Of a stretch of 64,000 bases of DNA, positions 31,634 through 41,687 are shown piece after piece. The translations under genes were made by a program, and so were the position numbers. A model generated the notes under the pieces. The model did not search any database. It had not been told where the DNA came from and saw only the letters and a program-made list of their open reading frames with translations. The DNA is from an uncultured Porphyromonadaceae bacterium (GTDB lineage: Bacteria; Bacteroidota; Bacteroidia; Bacteroidales; UBA12481): the NCBI GenBank assembly GCA_964512915.1, contig CAZEKJ010000014.1, positions 36,550 to 100,549 on the forward strand, given 5' to 3'. Within the stretch, counting starts at the first letter, position 1. Each line of letters starts with the position of its first letter.

Positions 31634-34561
31634 TTACCGGGATAAGGCATTCCAGAGTATTTCAACCGGATGCAGGGCAATAAATCCCGTGCTGTCTTTT
31701 ATATGGTGCCTGCAGGAAGTTCCGGGAGCGCAGACAATATCATCGGTTGCAGCTGACCTGATTGCCGGAAACAGAACCATTCCCCCAACTTTAACCGATA
31801 ACTCATAATGCTCCTTTTCATAACCAAAAGCCCCGGCCATTCCGCAGCATCCAGATGGTATCTCTGAGCAGGTATAATTCGCCGGAAAGCTGAGCACAAA
31901 CAAGGTTGATGAAGTGGATGCCACCGCTTTTTGCTGGCAATGCCCGTGAAGAAGTATTTTCTTGTTGGCTGAAGTGAAGGCCGGTTGCGTAATTCTTCCG
32001 GCTTTGATTTCATTTTCCAGAAACTCCTCAATCATGAAGCAGTTCCGGCCAAGGGCCAGCGCGTCTTCTCTGAGGTCAGGCCCGGCAAGATCGGGATACT
32101 CATCACGGAAACCCAGGATAGCTGATGGCTCTATTCCGATAAGAGGAATTTCAGATGTAATAACCGAGCGGTAGAACAGGATGTTTTTCCTGATTAAAAC
32201 CTTCGCTTTCCTAAGGAAACCCTTTGAAATGTAAGTCCGGGCGCTAAGTGTCCTTGGCCCGATCAGAACCTGATATCCAAGTCCGGTCAGCAGTTCGATT
32301 GCCTTTATTCCGATTTTTGCATCCTGGTATTCGGTAAACTCATCCACAAAAAGATATACCTGCCGATTAAGGTTGGTTCCGGACGGTACAACACGCAGGC
32401 TTTTAGAGGCCCATCTTCTGACGGTTGTAGTTGACAGGAGCGGAATTGAGCGGGAAGGATGAAAACCGGTAAGGCTTTTAAATAAGCCGGAGGTTATACG
32501 GTTAGTCATAAAGAAGTTGACTAACCCTGCAAAAGGCCTGGAAAGCCGGTACAGGACTGGCAGGTTTGCTATTAACCGGGTACGGAAGGGAATTCCATGC
32601 AGGTCATGCCAATGCTGCAGAAACTCACCCTTAAGCTTGGCCATATCCACGCTCGACGGGCACTCCGACTTGCATGCCTTACACGAAAGGCATAAATCCA
32701 GGATTTCATACATCTCCTTATGATCGAACCGCTGCTTTCCTTTACCCTGATAAATGAATTCCCTGAGGATATTGGCCCGGGCACGTGTGGAATTCTTTTC
32801 ATCGAGGGTGGCCTGGTATGACGGACACATCGTTCCACCCATCGTGTGTGGTTTTCTGCAATCCCCGCTGCCATTACATTTCTCAATGGAACGAACGATT
32901 CCCAGATCAGAAGAAAAATCATAAAACGTATCCACATCCGGAGTAGGAACTCCCGGTTCCGTCCGGAGGAAACTGTCCATGGGAGGAGCATCGGTAATCT
33001 TTCCGGGGTTAAGTATTCCCCGGGGATCAAAAACACTCTTAACCCTTTTAATCAATCCATAGTTATGTTCACCCAGCAATTCGGGAATAAAGGTAGCCCT
33101 GAGCCTGCCGTCGCCATGCTCTCCGCTGAATGATCCCCGGTATTTTTTAACAATCCGCACCGTTTCGTCGGCAATCTGCCTGAAACGCACCACATCAACA
33201 GGATCCTTGAGATTCAGTACAGGCCTTAAATGAAGTTCACCGGTGCCAACATGGGCGTGGTAAACGCATGCCATGTTGAGGCTCCGGAAAAGGGCCTCCA
33301 TTTCAACGATGAATTCAGTTTGCCGGGCAACAGGAATGGCAGTATCCTCGATAATCGCTACTGACTTGCCGTCACCGGGGATATTGGCAAGAAGACCTAA
33401 ACCTGCTTTCCGCAGATTCCATACTTTCTTCATATCCTGCCCATAAACCACCGGATAAGAGTAACCCATCTGATGGCTCATGAGGTCAGCGATTGTTTCA
33501 GTAATGCGTGTATCCAGCTCTTCCTTGGTAACCGTTGCGAATTCTATGATCAGGATGGTTTCCGGATCTCCATCAAGGAAAAACCGGTTGCTCATCTGTG
33601 AGTGGTTAGACTTGGTACATTCCAAAACCACGCGGTCCATCAGTTCAACCGCGGTAGGTGCATGTTTAAGAACCACAAGGTTCGCGTCAATCGATTCTAC
33701 AAGATTGTTAAAATGAGCACAGATCAATGCTTTAAAGGGTGGGGGAACTTCAACCAGGTTCAGCTTAATCGAGGTAAAAAAAGCAAGTGTTCCCTCAGAA
33801 CCTCCCAGAAGGCGGCATAGATTAAAAGGCTTACCATTATGTATGAAAGGGTCCGTTTCCAGGAGGAGGTCCAGGGCATAGCCGGTATTCCTCCTCGGCA
33901 CAGAAGGGTCAGGATATCCGTTCCTGATCTCCCCTTGATTCACAGGATCCGAGAGAATCTCTGAAATCTCGCGGTAGATCTTGTTTTCAAGTAAATTTCC
34001 ATTGCATTTTTGTTCGAACTCAGCCTTTGAAAGGGCGGAAAAACTCGCAGAGGTTCCATCGCTGAGAATCGCTTCAACGGCAAGCGTGTGATCCCTGGTA
34101 CTCCCGTATACGATGGAATGGAGACCGCAGGCATTGTTTCCGAGCATTCCCCCGATCATGCACCGGTTACCGGTGCTGGTTTCCGGTCCGAAAAACAGTC
34201 CCGACTTGCTTAAATAAGCATTAAGTTCATCCAGGATTACCCCGGGCTCAACCCAAACCGATTTATTGGCGACATCCAGCTCCAGTATACGGTTCATGTA
34301 CCTGGAAACATCCACCACGATACCGGGTCCCACAACCTGCCCGGCCAGGGAGGTTCCGGCAGTTCTGGGAATCAGGGAAACTGAATATTCAGCTGCAAAC
34401 CGGATCAGGGTCCTGATATCCTCAGCATCAGCCGGATAAGCAACAGCTACAGGCAGCTCCCGGTATACGGAAGCATCTGTTGCATAGGCAATCCGTGTTA
34501 CCATATCAAGTAACAATTCACCCTTCAGTGAGGATTTCAGCTTGTCAAAAGGTACTGGCAT
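31634..34561 (-). CDS. FAD-binding and 4Fe-4S/CCG-domain oxidoreductase (GlcD+GlcF / D-lactate dehydrogenase-like fusion)
   Basis: 'PRTAGTSLAGQ', 'GGSEGTL', 'SGEHGDGRLR', 'LNPGKI'; ferredoxin motifs 'CNGSGDC..MCPSY' and 'CLSCKACKSECP'; 'HGHCQQ' and 'CCGMAG'. Confidence 0.9.
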   Translation of the reverse strand: MPVPFDKLKSSLKGELLLDMVTRIAYATDASVYRELPVAVAYPADAEDIRTLIRFAAEYSVSLIPRTAGTSLAGQVVGPGIVVDVSRYMNRILELDVANKSVWVEPGVILDELNAYLSKSGLFFGPETSTGNRCMIGGMLGNNACGLHSIVYGSTRDHTLAVEAILSDGTSASFSALSKAEFEQKCNGNLLENKIYREISEILSDPVNQGEIRNGYPDPSVPRRNTGYALDLLLETDPFIHNGKPFNLCRLLGGSEGTLAFFTSIKLNLVEVPPPFKALICAHFNNLVESIDANLVVLKHAPTAVELMDRVVLECTKSNHSQMSNRFFLDGDPETILIIEFATVTKEELDTRITETIADLMSHQMGYSYPVVYGQDMKKVWNLRKAGLGLLANIPGDGKSVAIIEDTAIPVARQTEFIVEMEALFRSLNMACVYHAHVGTGELHLRPVLNLKDPVDVVRFRQIADETVRIVKKYRGSFSGEHGDGRLRATFIPELLGEHNYGLIKRVKSVFDPRGILNPGKITDAPPMDSFLRTEPGVPTPDVDTFYDFSSDLGIVRSIEKCNGSGDCRKPHTMGGTMCPSYQATLDEKNSTRARANILREFIYQGKGKQRFDHKEMYEILDLCLSCKACKSECPSSVDMAKLKGEFLQHWHDLHGIPFRTRLIANLPVLYRLSRPFAGLVNFFMTNRITSGLFKSLTGFHPSRSIPLLSTTTVRRWASKSLRVVPSGTNLNRQVYLFVDEFTEYQDAKIGIKAIELLTGLGYQVLIGPRTLSARTYISKGFLRKAKVLIRKNILFYRSVITSEIPLIGIEPSAILGFRDEYPDLAGPDLREDALALGRNCFMIEEFLENEIKAGRITQPAFTSANKKILLHGHCQQKAVASTSSTLFVLSFPANYTCSEIPSGCCGMAGAFGYEKEHYELSVKVGGMVLFPAIRSAATDDIVCAPGTSCRHHIKDSTGFIALHPVEILWNALSR

Positions 34562-34590
34562 GAGAGGTTTTCCGGGTGGTTCATAGGGTA

Positions 34591-34598
34591 CAAAAATA
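34591..34598 (-). promoter_or_regulatory. -7 promoter element for the FAD/FeS oxidoreductase, overlapping the mdh terminator
   Basis: TATTTTTG on the minus strand, 30 nt upstream of the ATG. Confidence 0.55.
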
Positions 34599-34629
34599 AA
34601 TGATCCCTGTGAAAGCAGGGATCATTTAT
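34592..34629 (-). terminator. Intrinsic terminator after mdh
   Basis: Perfect 14-bp stem ATAAATGATCCCTG/CAGGGATCATTTAT with a 6-nt loop, followed by a T tract on the minus strand. Confidence 0.8.
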
Positions 34630-34651
34630 CTGAATCATGTGAAAATAAGGG

Positions 34652-35593
34652 TCAGAATAATTTCATTTCATCGAGGACATTCATGACATCTTTCACCGAT
34701 TTTGCAGAATCCATCAGCAATTTCATTTCATGCTCATCAAGATTCAAATGAATAATCCGCTCGATTCCGTTCTTTCCGAGGATAACCGGAACACCCAGAT
34801 AAATGTCTTTCAAGCCATATTCACCATCAACATAGGCGCAAACAGGAAATACCCTGTGCTGGTCCCTGATAATGGCATCCACCATAGCCGCAACTGCGGC
34901 ACCAGGAGCATACCAGGCTGAAGTACCCATGAGATTGACCAGTTCACCGCCGCCTTTACGGGTTCTTTCTATGATTTTGTCAAGAACATCATCACCTAAA
35001 AGGTCAGTGACCGGAATCCCGGAAACCGAAGTGTACCTTTTCAGAGGAACCATGGTGTCGCCATGGCTTCCCAGCAGCAAGGCATGAATATCCTTTGGTG
35101 ATATGTTCAGCGCTTCTGCCAGGAATGCTTTGTATCTGCCGGTATCAAGGACACCTGCCATTCCAAAAACCTTGTTAGGAGCCTTGTTTGCAGCCAGGTA
35201 TGCAGCATAGGTCATAACATCCAGCGGATTGGACACCACGATGATAATGGCATCCGGCGAATACTTGACTGCCCGTTCAGTGACCTCCTTAACAATGGCT
35301 GCATTGGTTTTGATCAGATCATCCCTCGACATGCCCGGTTTTCTCGGAATCCCGGCAGTTATCACGATGACGGAGGAGTTCCGGGTGCGAAGGTAATCGT
35401 TGGTCACGCCAACAACCCTGGAATCAAAATTCAGAATGGAGGAAGTCTGCCACATATCAAGGGCTTTACCTTCCGCAGTTCCTTCTTTGACATCGACAAG
35501 TACCACTTCCTTCGCAAGATCTTTTCTGGCAATTTCCTGAGCAACGGTTGCACCGACATTTCCGGCACCGATAACAGTAATCCTTCTATCCAT
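34652..35593 (-). CDS. mdh: Malate dehydrogenase (LDH-like type)
   Basis: 'GAGNVG', 'TAGIPRKPGMSRDDL', 'VSNPLD', 'VLDTGR', 'GSHGD'. Confidence 0.96.
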   Translation of the reverse strand: MDRRITVIGAGNVGATVAQEIARKDLAKEVVLVDVKEGTAEGKALDMWQTSSILNFDSRVVGVTNDYLRTRNSSVIVITAGIPRKPGMSRDDLIKTNAAIVKEVTERAVKYSPDAIIIVVSNPLDVMTYAAYLAANKAPNKVFGMAGVLDTGRYKAFLAEALNISPKDIHALLLGSHGDTMVPLKRYTSVSGIPVTDLLGDDVLDKIIERTRKGGGELVNLMGTSAWYAPGAAVAAMVDAIIRDQHRVFPVCAYVDGEYGLKDIYLGVPVILGKNGIERIIHLNLDEHEMKLLMDSAKSVKDVMNVLDEMKLF

Positions 35594-35604
35594 TTCAGTT
35601 AGTT

Positions 35605-36927
35605 TTAGAATTTTATGGGTGAATCCAATCCGGCCTTTTCAATAAACCAGCGGGTGTTTTGGGACTTTGGCCGTTCAATAGGCAGACCATATACGCGGTC
35701 CCATACCAGTTGGGCAAGTACCCCCAGAGCCCTTGAAACAGCAAAAAGCACTGTATAGAATTCAAATTCCTTTATTCCATAATGCACCAAGATGGCTCCT
35801 GAATGAGCATCCACATTCGGCCATGGATTCTTGATTTTGCCCACAGTACTTAGTATCGGAGGCACAACCTCGTATATGTTGCTGATTACCTGAAAAAGCG
35901 GGTCGTCGGGAAGATATTTCATACAGAATTCCCTTTGGGCAATATAGCGGGGATCTGTTTTCCTCAGTACTGCATGACCGTAACCCGGGACCACACGGCC
36001 GTCGGCCAGGGTTTTCCTCACAAAATCACCGATCTGTTCTTTTGTGGGGGTTTCGGAACCGATCTCCTTCATCATATCAAATACCCATTTGATAACTTCC
36101 TGGTTTGCAAGACCATGCAAGGGTCCGGCCAGGCCAAGCATTCCTGCAGCATATGCCTGATACGGGGAGGCGAGGGCAGAGCCAACAAGATGAGTGGTGT
36201 GAGCACTCACATTACCGCCTTCATGATCGGCATGGATTGTCATATAGAGCCTGAAGAGTTTTTTCACTTCATCATTATCATACCCCATCATGTGTGCAAG
36301 GTTACCAGCCCAGTCCAGATCTGAATCCGGTTCAATATGGTTTCCGTTATGGTATGCATGACGGTAAACATAGGCAGCAATCCTCGGAATTCTGGCAATC
36401 AGATCCATGGTACCTTCATACGTCGAATCCCAGTAATCCTTCTTGGCTACCCCTGCCTCATAAGCCTTCATAAACCGGGAACTTCCTGCCATGGAGACAA
36501 TTCCTGTAACGAATTGGTTCATCGGGTGCATGTCGCGGGGTAGGGAATCAATCACGTCAAAAACATGTTTCGGGACGGTTGCCCTTTTGGTCCACTCATT
36601 CTGGATATAGTGAACATCCTCATCTTTAGGAAGTTCATCCATCAGCATCAGATAAAAAAGACCTTCAGGAAGGGGTTCGTCCTCCGGAGATACTTTAGGC
36701 AGCAATTCCCTTAACTCAGGAATGGTGTATCCCCTGAACCTGATTCCTTCCTCCGGATCCAGTTTTGAAGTGCAAGTCAGAAGGCTGACTATCCCTTTCA
36801 TACCGGACAGCACATGTCCGATGGTGACTTCGCCGATGACCACATCACTGAAATCCGTTTTCAGCTTTTTTACGATTTCGGCTTTCGGCAAGGCCCTTTC
36901 GATGAATCTTTTCTTAATCTGTCCCAT
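35605..36927 (-). CDS. gltA: Citrate (Si)-synthase, eukaryotic type
   Basis: 'LDPEEGIRFRGY', 'EPLPEGLF', 'IHADHEGGNVSAH', 'GLAGPLHGLANQEV', 'PGYGHAVLRKTDPR', 'WPNVDAHSG', 'RPKS'. Confidence 0.95.
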   Translation of the reverse strand: MGQIKKRFIERALPKAEIVKKLKTDFSDVVIGEVTIGHVLSGMKGIVSLLTCTSKLDPEEGIRFRGYTIPELRELLPKVSPEDEPLPEGLFYLMLMDELPKDEDVHYIQNEWTKRATVPKHVFDVIDSLPRDMHPMNQFVTGIVSMAGSSRFMKAYEAGVAKKDYWDSTYEGTMDLIARIPRIAAYVYRHAYHNGNHIEPDSDLDWAGNLAHMMGYDNDEVKKLFRLYMTIHADHEGGNVSAHTTHLVGSALASPYQAYAAGMLGLAGPLHGLANQEVIKWVFDMMKEIGSETPTKEQIGDFVRKTLADGRVVPGYGHAVLRKTDPRYIAQREFCMKYLPDDPLFQVISNIYEVVPPILSTVGKIKNPWPNVDAHSGAILVHYGIKEFEFYTVLFAVSRALGVLAQLVWDRVYGLPIERPKSQNTRWFIEKAGLDSPIKF

Positions 36928-36935
36928 AAACCAGG

Positions 36936-38156
36936 CTATATTTTGTTTAGTAGATTGTTTTCAATCGCATCGAAGAAACCTTCAGTTGACACATACTGGC
37001 TGCTGTTAAGCTTATCCCCATGAACCAGCATCGCGAGGTCTTTAGTCATTTTACCCTGCTCAACAGCGTTGATACAGGCTGCCTCAACCTTTTCGGCAAA
37101 ATCAATCAAGGCCGCATTTCCATCGAGCCTGCCTCTGAAAGCCAGTCCGCGGGTCCAGGCAAAAATGGAAGCAATAGGATTTGTGGAGGTTGACTTCCCC
37201 TGCTGATACTGCCGATAATGCCGTGTAACGGTTCCATGAGCGGCCTCAGCTTCCATGGTTTTTCCGTCGGGGGTTATCAGAACGGAGGTCATCAGTCCCA
37301 GGGAGCCAAACCCCTGGGCAACCGTATCAGACTGAACATCACCGTCATAGTTTTTGCAGGCCCATACATACCCACCGCTCCATTTTAAAGCGGCAGCAAC
37401 CATATCATCAATCAGCCGATGCTCGTAATGAATGCCAGCCTGTTCAAATGCAACCCGGTAATCTTTTTCGTAGATGGCGGCAAAAATATCCTTAAACCTG
37501 CCGTCATAGGCTTTAAGGATAGTATTCTTGGTAGAAAGGTACAGCGGCCACTTTTTATTCAAAGCCATGTTAAAGCAGGAGTGGGCAAAACCCGTGATCG
37601 ATTCATCCGTGTTGTACATGGCCATGGCAATGCCGTCATCGTCGAAATTATAGACTTCCCTGACGACTGGCTCCCCATTTTCAGGGGTAAAGGTGATCGT
37701 TAGCTTGCCTTTGCCTTTCACAACAAAATCAGTAGCCCGGTACTGATCCCCGAAGGCATGCCTCCCGATGCAGATAGGCTGGGTCCAGCCCGGAACGAGT
37801 CTCGGAATGTTACTGATGAGAATCGGTTCGCGAAAAACCGTTCCTCCAAGAATATTGCGGATGGTTCCATTTGGACTCTTCCACATCTTTTTCAGGCCAA
37901 ATTCCTCCACCCGCGCCTCATCAGGAGTTATGGTCGCACATTTGATTCCAACCCCACATTTCAGGATTGCTTCAGCGGCCTGCACAGTCACGAGATCATC
38001 AGTTTCATCCCTGTGTTCAATCCCAAGATCGAAATACTCGATCTTAAGATCAACGAAGGGAAGAATCAACCGATCCTTGATCATCCTCCAGATGACACGC
38101 GTCATCTCGTCGCCATCCATCTCAACAACCTGATTCTCAACGTGTATTCGCTTCAT
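36936..38156 (-). CDS. icd: NADP-dependent isocitrate dehydrogenase (IDH1/IDH2-like subfamily)
   Basis: '[10 protein letters not shown]', '[12 protein letters not shown]', '[19 protein letters not shown]', '[10 protein letters not shown]', '[12 protein letters not shown]'. Confidence 0.97.
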   Translation of the reverse strand: MKRIHVENQVVEMDGDEMTRVIWRMIKDRLILPFVDLKIEYFDLGIEHRDETDDLVTVQAAEAILKCGVGIKCATITPDEARVEEFGLKKMWKSPNGTIRNILGGTVFREPILISNIPRLVPGWTQPICIGRHAFGDQYRATDFVVKGKGKLTITFTPENGEPVVREVYNFDDDGIAMAMYNTDESITGFAHSCFNMALNKKWPLYLSTKNTILKAYDGRFKDIFAAIYEKDYRVAFEQAGIHYEHRLIDDMVAAALKWSGGYVWACKNYDGDVQSDTVAQGFGSLGLMTSVLITPDGKTMEAEAAHGTVTRHYRQYQQGKSTSTNPIASIFAWTRGLAFRGRLDGNAALIDFAEKVEAACINAVEQGKMTKDLAMLVHGDKLNSSQYVSTEGFFDAIENNLLNKI

Positions 38157-38218
38157 GAAACCGCTTGATGTTAGTATTTGTAAATATATAGATTTTTAAA
38201 TAATTCCATACGTAAACC

Positions 38219-40483
38219 TCATGCCTGTTGTTTTTTAATCAGGTTAAGTGCGGAACCGGCTTTAAACCATTCAATCTGGTTTTCATTGTAGGTATGGTTA
38301 ATCTGAATTTTTTCTGTTAATCCGTTGGCATGGTGGATGATAAGCTCCAGGGGCAAGCCGGGTGAAAAGGATTCCAGTCCGGTTATATCGAAAGTGTCAT
38401 CCTCCCGTATTTTCGCATAATCAGATTTATCCGCAAAGGTGAGCGCCAGCATACCCTGCTTTTTAAGGTTTGTCTCATGGATCCGGGCAAAGGATTTCAC
38501 AAGAATAGCCCTCACACCCAAATGACGGGGCTCCATCGCGGCATGCTCCCTCGAGGATCCTTCACCATAGTTTTCATCCCCGATGACTATTGACCCCAAT
38601 CCCTCCGCTTTATATCGTCTTGCTGAGGCAGGCACCGCCATGTATTCCCCTGCAAGCTGGTTTTTTACCTGGTTGGCTGATTTATTGAATTCATTGATAG
38701 CCCCGATCAGCAGGTTATTGGATAGGTTGTCCAGATGTTCGCGAAAACGGAGCCATTTTCCGGCCATTGAAATATGGTCCGTCGTACATTTCCCTTCGGC
38801 CTTGATGAGAAGGCGCAATCCAAGGATGTCTTTGCCATCCCAGGCCTTGAAGGGCTCCAGGAGCTGAAGTCTTTCGGATTTCTCATCCACAAGGATCCGG
38901 ATGCCCGACCCGTCGGCTGCAGGGGCCTGATATCCGTTATCCTCTGTATAGAATCCTGAAACCGGAAGTTCGATTCCGTCTGGCTCGTCAAGTTTCACGG
39001 CTATCCCCGCCTCGTTTATCAGGGTATCCTTCATCGGATTAAAAGTCAGGTCACCGGCAATAGCCAGTGCCGTAACAATCTCCGGGGATGCAACAAATGC
39101 GTGGGTGTTGGGATTTCCGTCGTTGCGGCCAACAAAGTTCCTGTTGAATGAGGTTATGATGGAATTTTTTTCCTGCTTATCAGAATTATGACGGGCCCAC
39201 TGGCCGATGCAGGGCCCGCATGCATTGGCAAGAACGGTTCCGCCGATGGATTCAAAGTCATCAATCAGACCATCCCTTTCAATGGTTGAACGAACAAGTT
39301 CGGATCCCGGAGTGATGGTAAATTCCGATTTTACCCTGAGGTTCTTAGCAATTGCCTGCCGGGCTATGGAAGCAGACCGGGTTAGGTCTTCATAGGAAGA
39401 GTTTGTGCAGGAACCGATCAAACCAACCTCCAGCCTGGCGGGGTAGTCGTTGTTTCTGACGGCGGCTGCAAATTCCGAAAGGGGCCATGCCTTGTCAGGC
39501 GTAAACGGACCATTAATGTGGGGCTCAAGCTTATCCAGGTCGATTTCAATAACCTGGTCGAAAAACCGTTCCGGATTTGCATAAACTTCCGGGTCTCCAT
39601 CGAGGTGTGAGGCAATCGCATCAGCCTGGGCTGCCACATCGCTCCTGCCCGTTGCAATCAGGTAAGCAGCCATCTTTCTGTCGTAACCAAAAAGTGAGGT
39701 TGTTGCACCGATTTCAGCCCCCATGTTACAAATCGTGCCCTTTCCGGTTGCCGAGATGGAATGGGCCCCATCGCCAAAATATTCAAGTATGTAACCGGTA
39801 CCCCCTTTAACAGTGAGTATACCGGCCACTTTCAGAATCACGTCCTTGGCGGAAGCCCAGCCGCTCAGTTTTCCGGTAAGTTTTACCCCGATATATTTTG
39901 GAAACTTCAGCTCCCATGCCATGCCAGCCATCACATCAACCGCATCCGCACCTCCCACGCCAATTGAAATCATTCCCAATCCTCCGGCATTTACGGTATG
40001 CGAATCCGTTCCGATAATCATTCCTCCGGGAAAGGCATAGTTCTCCAGAATAACCTGGTGAATGATACCCGCCCCAGGTTTCCAAAAACCGATACCATAC
40101 TTGTTGGAGACAGTGGAAAGGAAATCGAATACCTCATGGTTTGATTCATAGGCACTCTTGAGATCTGCTTCGGCTCCAAGCTTTGCCTGAATGAGGTGGT
40201 CACAATGAACGGTTGAAGGTACGGCCGTTTTCGCTTTACCCGCCTGCATGAACTGCAGCAAGGCCATCTGGGCGGTGGCATCCTGCATGGCAACCCGGTC
40301 CGGGGCAAACTCAGCATAATCAGATCCGCGATTGAAAGGCTGATCGGGCAGGGGATTATAAACATGGGAGTATAAAATCTTGTCAATCAGAGTCAAAGGC
40401 CTTCCCAAAAGAAGTCGGGTTTGTCTAACTCTTTCAGGATAAGCCTGATAGATTTTACTGATCATATCGATGTCATACGTCAT
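38219..40483 (-). CDS. Aconitate hydratase, mitochondrial-like
   Basis: 754 aa; '[14 protein letters not shown]', 'VHCDHLI', '[10 protein letters not shown]', '[11 protein letters not shown]', 'CTTDHIS', '[12 protein letters not shown]'. Confidence 0.96.
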   Translation of the reverse strand: MTYDIDMISKIYQAYPERVRQTRLLLGRPLTLIDKILYSHVYNPLPDQPFNRGSDYAEFAPDRVAMQDATAQMALLQFMQAGKAKTAVPSTVHCDHLIQAKLGAEADLKSAYESNHEVFDFLSTVSNKYGIGFWKPGAGIIHQVILENYAFPGGMIIGTDSHTVNAGGLGMISIGVGGADAVDVMAGMAWELKFPKYIGVKLTGKLSGWASAKDVILKVAGILTVKGGTGYILEYFGDGAHSISATGKGTICNMGAEIGATTSLFGYDRKMAAYLIATGRSDVAAQADAIASHLDGDPEVYANPERFFDQVIEIDLDKLEPHINGPFTPDKAWPLSEFAAAVRNNDYPARLEVGLIGSCTNSSYEDLTRSASIARQAIAKNLRVKSEFTITPGSELVRSTIERDGLIDDFESIGGTVLANACGPCIGQWARHNSDKQEKNSIITSFNRNFVGRNDGNPNTHAFVASPEIVTALAIAGDLTFNPMKDTLINEAGIAVKLDEPDGIELPVSGFYTEDNGYQAPAADGSGIRILVDEKSERLQLLEPFKAWDGKDILGLRLLIKAEGKCTTDHISMAGKWLRFREHLDNLSNNLLIGAINEFNKSANQVKNQLAGEYMAVPASARRYKAEGLGSIVIGDENYGEGSSREHAAMEPRHLGVRAILVKSFARIHETNLKKQGMLALTFADKSDYAKIREDDTFDITGLESFSPGLPLELIIHHANGLTEKIQINHTYNENQIEWFKAGSALNLIKKQQA

Positions 40484-40614
40484 GGCAACAGTTTTTTGTT
40501 AACAAATTTTTAAACGGCGATCCGGGACAAAAGAGAAAGAATCCACTAAAGTAGAAAAGTCTGGAAACTGACAAAAATCATACGTTTAAAAGAATCCCGC
40601 CGCTCTTTTTTGGC

Positions 40615-40622
40615 TATATTTG
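40615..40622 (+). promoter_or_regulatory. -7 promoter element for the pta operon
   Basis: TATATTTG, supporting the ATG at 40659. Confidence 0.6.
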
Positions 40623-40658
40623 ATGATTCAAAAATCATCACCTAAACTATTGATTAAC

Positions 40659-41663
40659 ATGGATTTACTAGACAATATCAAAGCAAATGCCAAGAAATTC
40701 AAAAAGCGTATTGTTTTGCCTGAGGCATGGGAAGAGCGAACACTAAAGGCAGCTGATATTCTGATTGAAGAAGGAATCGCCCAGATCTACCTGACCGAGA
40801 ACCGGGATGTGGTGATGCGGGAAGCCGCGAAACATGGTCTGAAAAACATCGAAAGGGCAGTCATCATAGATCCTATGGATCATCCCAAAAAAGAGGAATA
40901 TGCGAATTTAATGGTTGAACTGAGAAAGAGCAAGGGCATGACCAAAGACGAAGCAATTCGCCTTCTTGGCAACCCGCTCTATCTGGCCACCCTCATGATC
41001 AAGGCTGGGGATGCGGATGGTGAGGTGGCAGGTGCGAACAATTCCACCGGTGATGTCTTACGACCGGCATTTCAATATGTAAAGACTCTGCCGGGAATTT
41101 CAGTGGTTTCGGGAGCATTCCTTATGATAATGCCGGATCCGCAGTGGGGAGAAAACGGTTTGATGGTTTTCGCAGATTGCGCCGTTCACCCAAACCCTAC
41201 CGCTCGTGAACTGGCTGAAATAGCTGTCTGTACCGCCCAAACGGCCCGTGATATCGCACAGATAGAGCCCAGGGTTGCCTTGCTCAGCTTTTCTACCAAG
41301 GGCAGTGCACAGCATGAAATGGTTGACAAAGTTGCCGCTGCAACTAAAATGGCACAAGAGATGGCGCCGCAGTTCCTTTTTGATGGCGAGTTGCAGGCTG
41401 ATGCAGCTATTGTTGAATCCATTGGAAGAAAAAAATGTCCGGACAGCCCAATTGCCGGTAGGGCTAATGTTCTGGTTTTCCCAACGCTGGAATCTGGCAA
41501 TATTGCATACAAACTGGTACAGCGGTTAGCCAATGCTGAGGCAGTGGGACCCGTTTTGCAAGGGATGGCAGCACCAATCAATGACCTGTCAAGAGGATGC
41601 TCTGTAAGCGACATCGTGAATCTTGTCGCAATCACTGCTAACCAGGCAGCAGGAAATTTCTGA
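40659..41663 (+). CDS. pta: Phosphate acetyltransferase
   Basis: 'RIVLPE..EERTLKAA', 'FADCAV.PNP', 'LSFSTKGS', 'DGELQADAAI', 'GNIAYKLVQR', 'NDLSRGCS'. Confidence 0.96.
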   Translation: MDLLDNIKANAKKFKKRIVLPEAWEERTLKAADILIEEGIAQIYLTENRDVVMREAAKHGLKNIERAVIIDPMDHPKKEEYANLMVELRKSKGMTKDEAIRLLGNPLYLATLMIKAGDADGEVAGANNSTGDVLRPAFQYVKTLPGISVVSGAFLMIMPDPQWGENGLMVFADCAVHPNPTARELAEIAVCTAQTARDIAQIEPRVALLSFSTKGSAQHEMVDKVAAATKMAQEMAPQFLFDGELQADAAIVESIGRKKCPDSPIAGRANVLVFPTLESGNIAYKLVQRLANAEAVGPVLQGMAAPINDLSRGCSVSDIVNLVAITANQAAGNF

Positions 41664-41687
41664 ACGCATTAAACGAATTAAAATATT

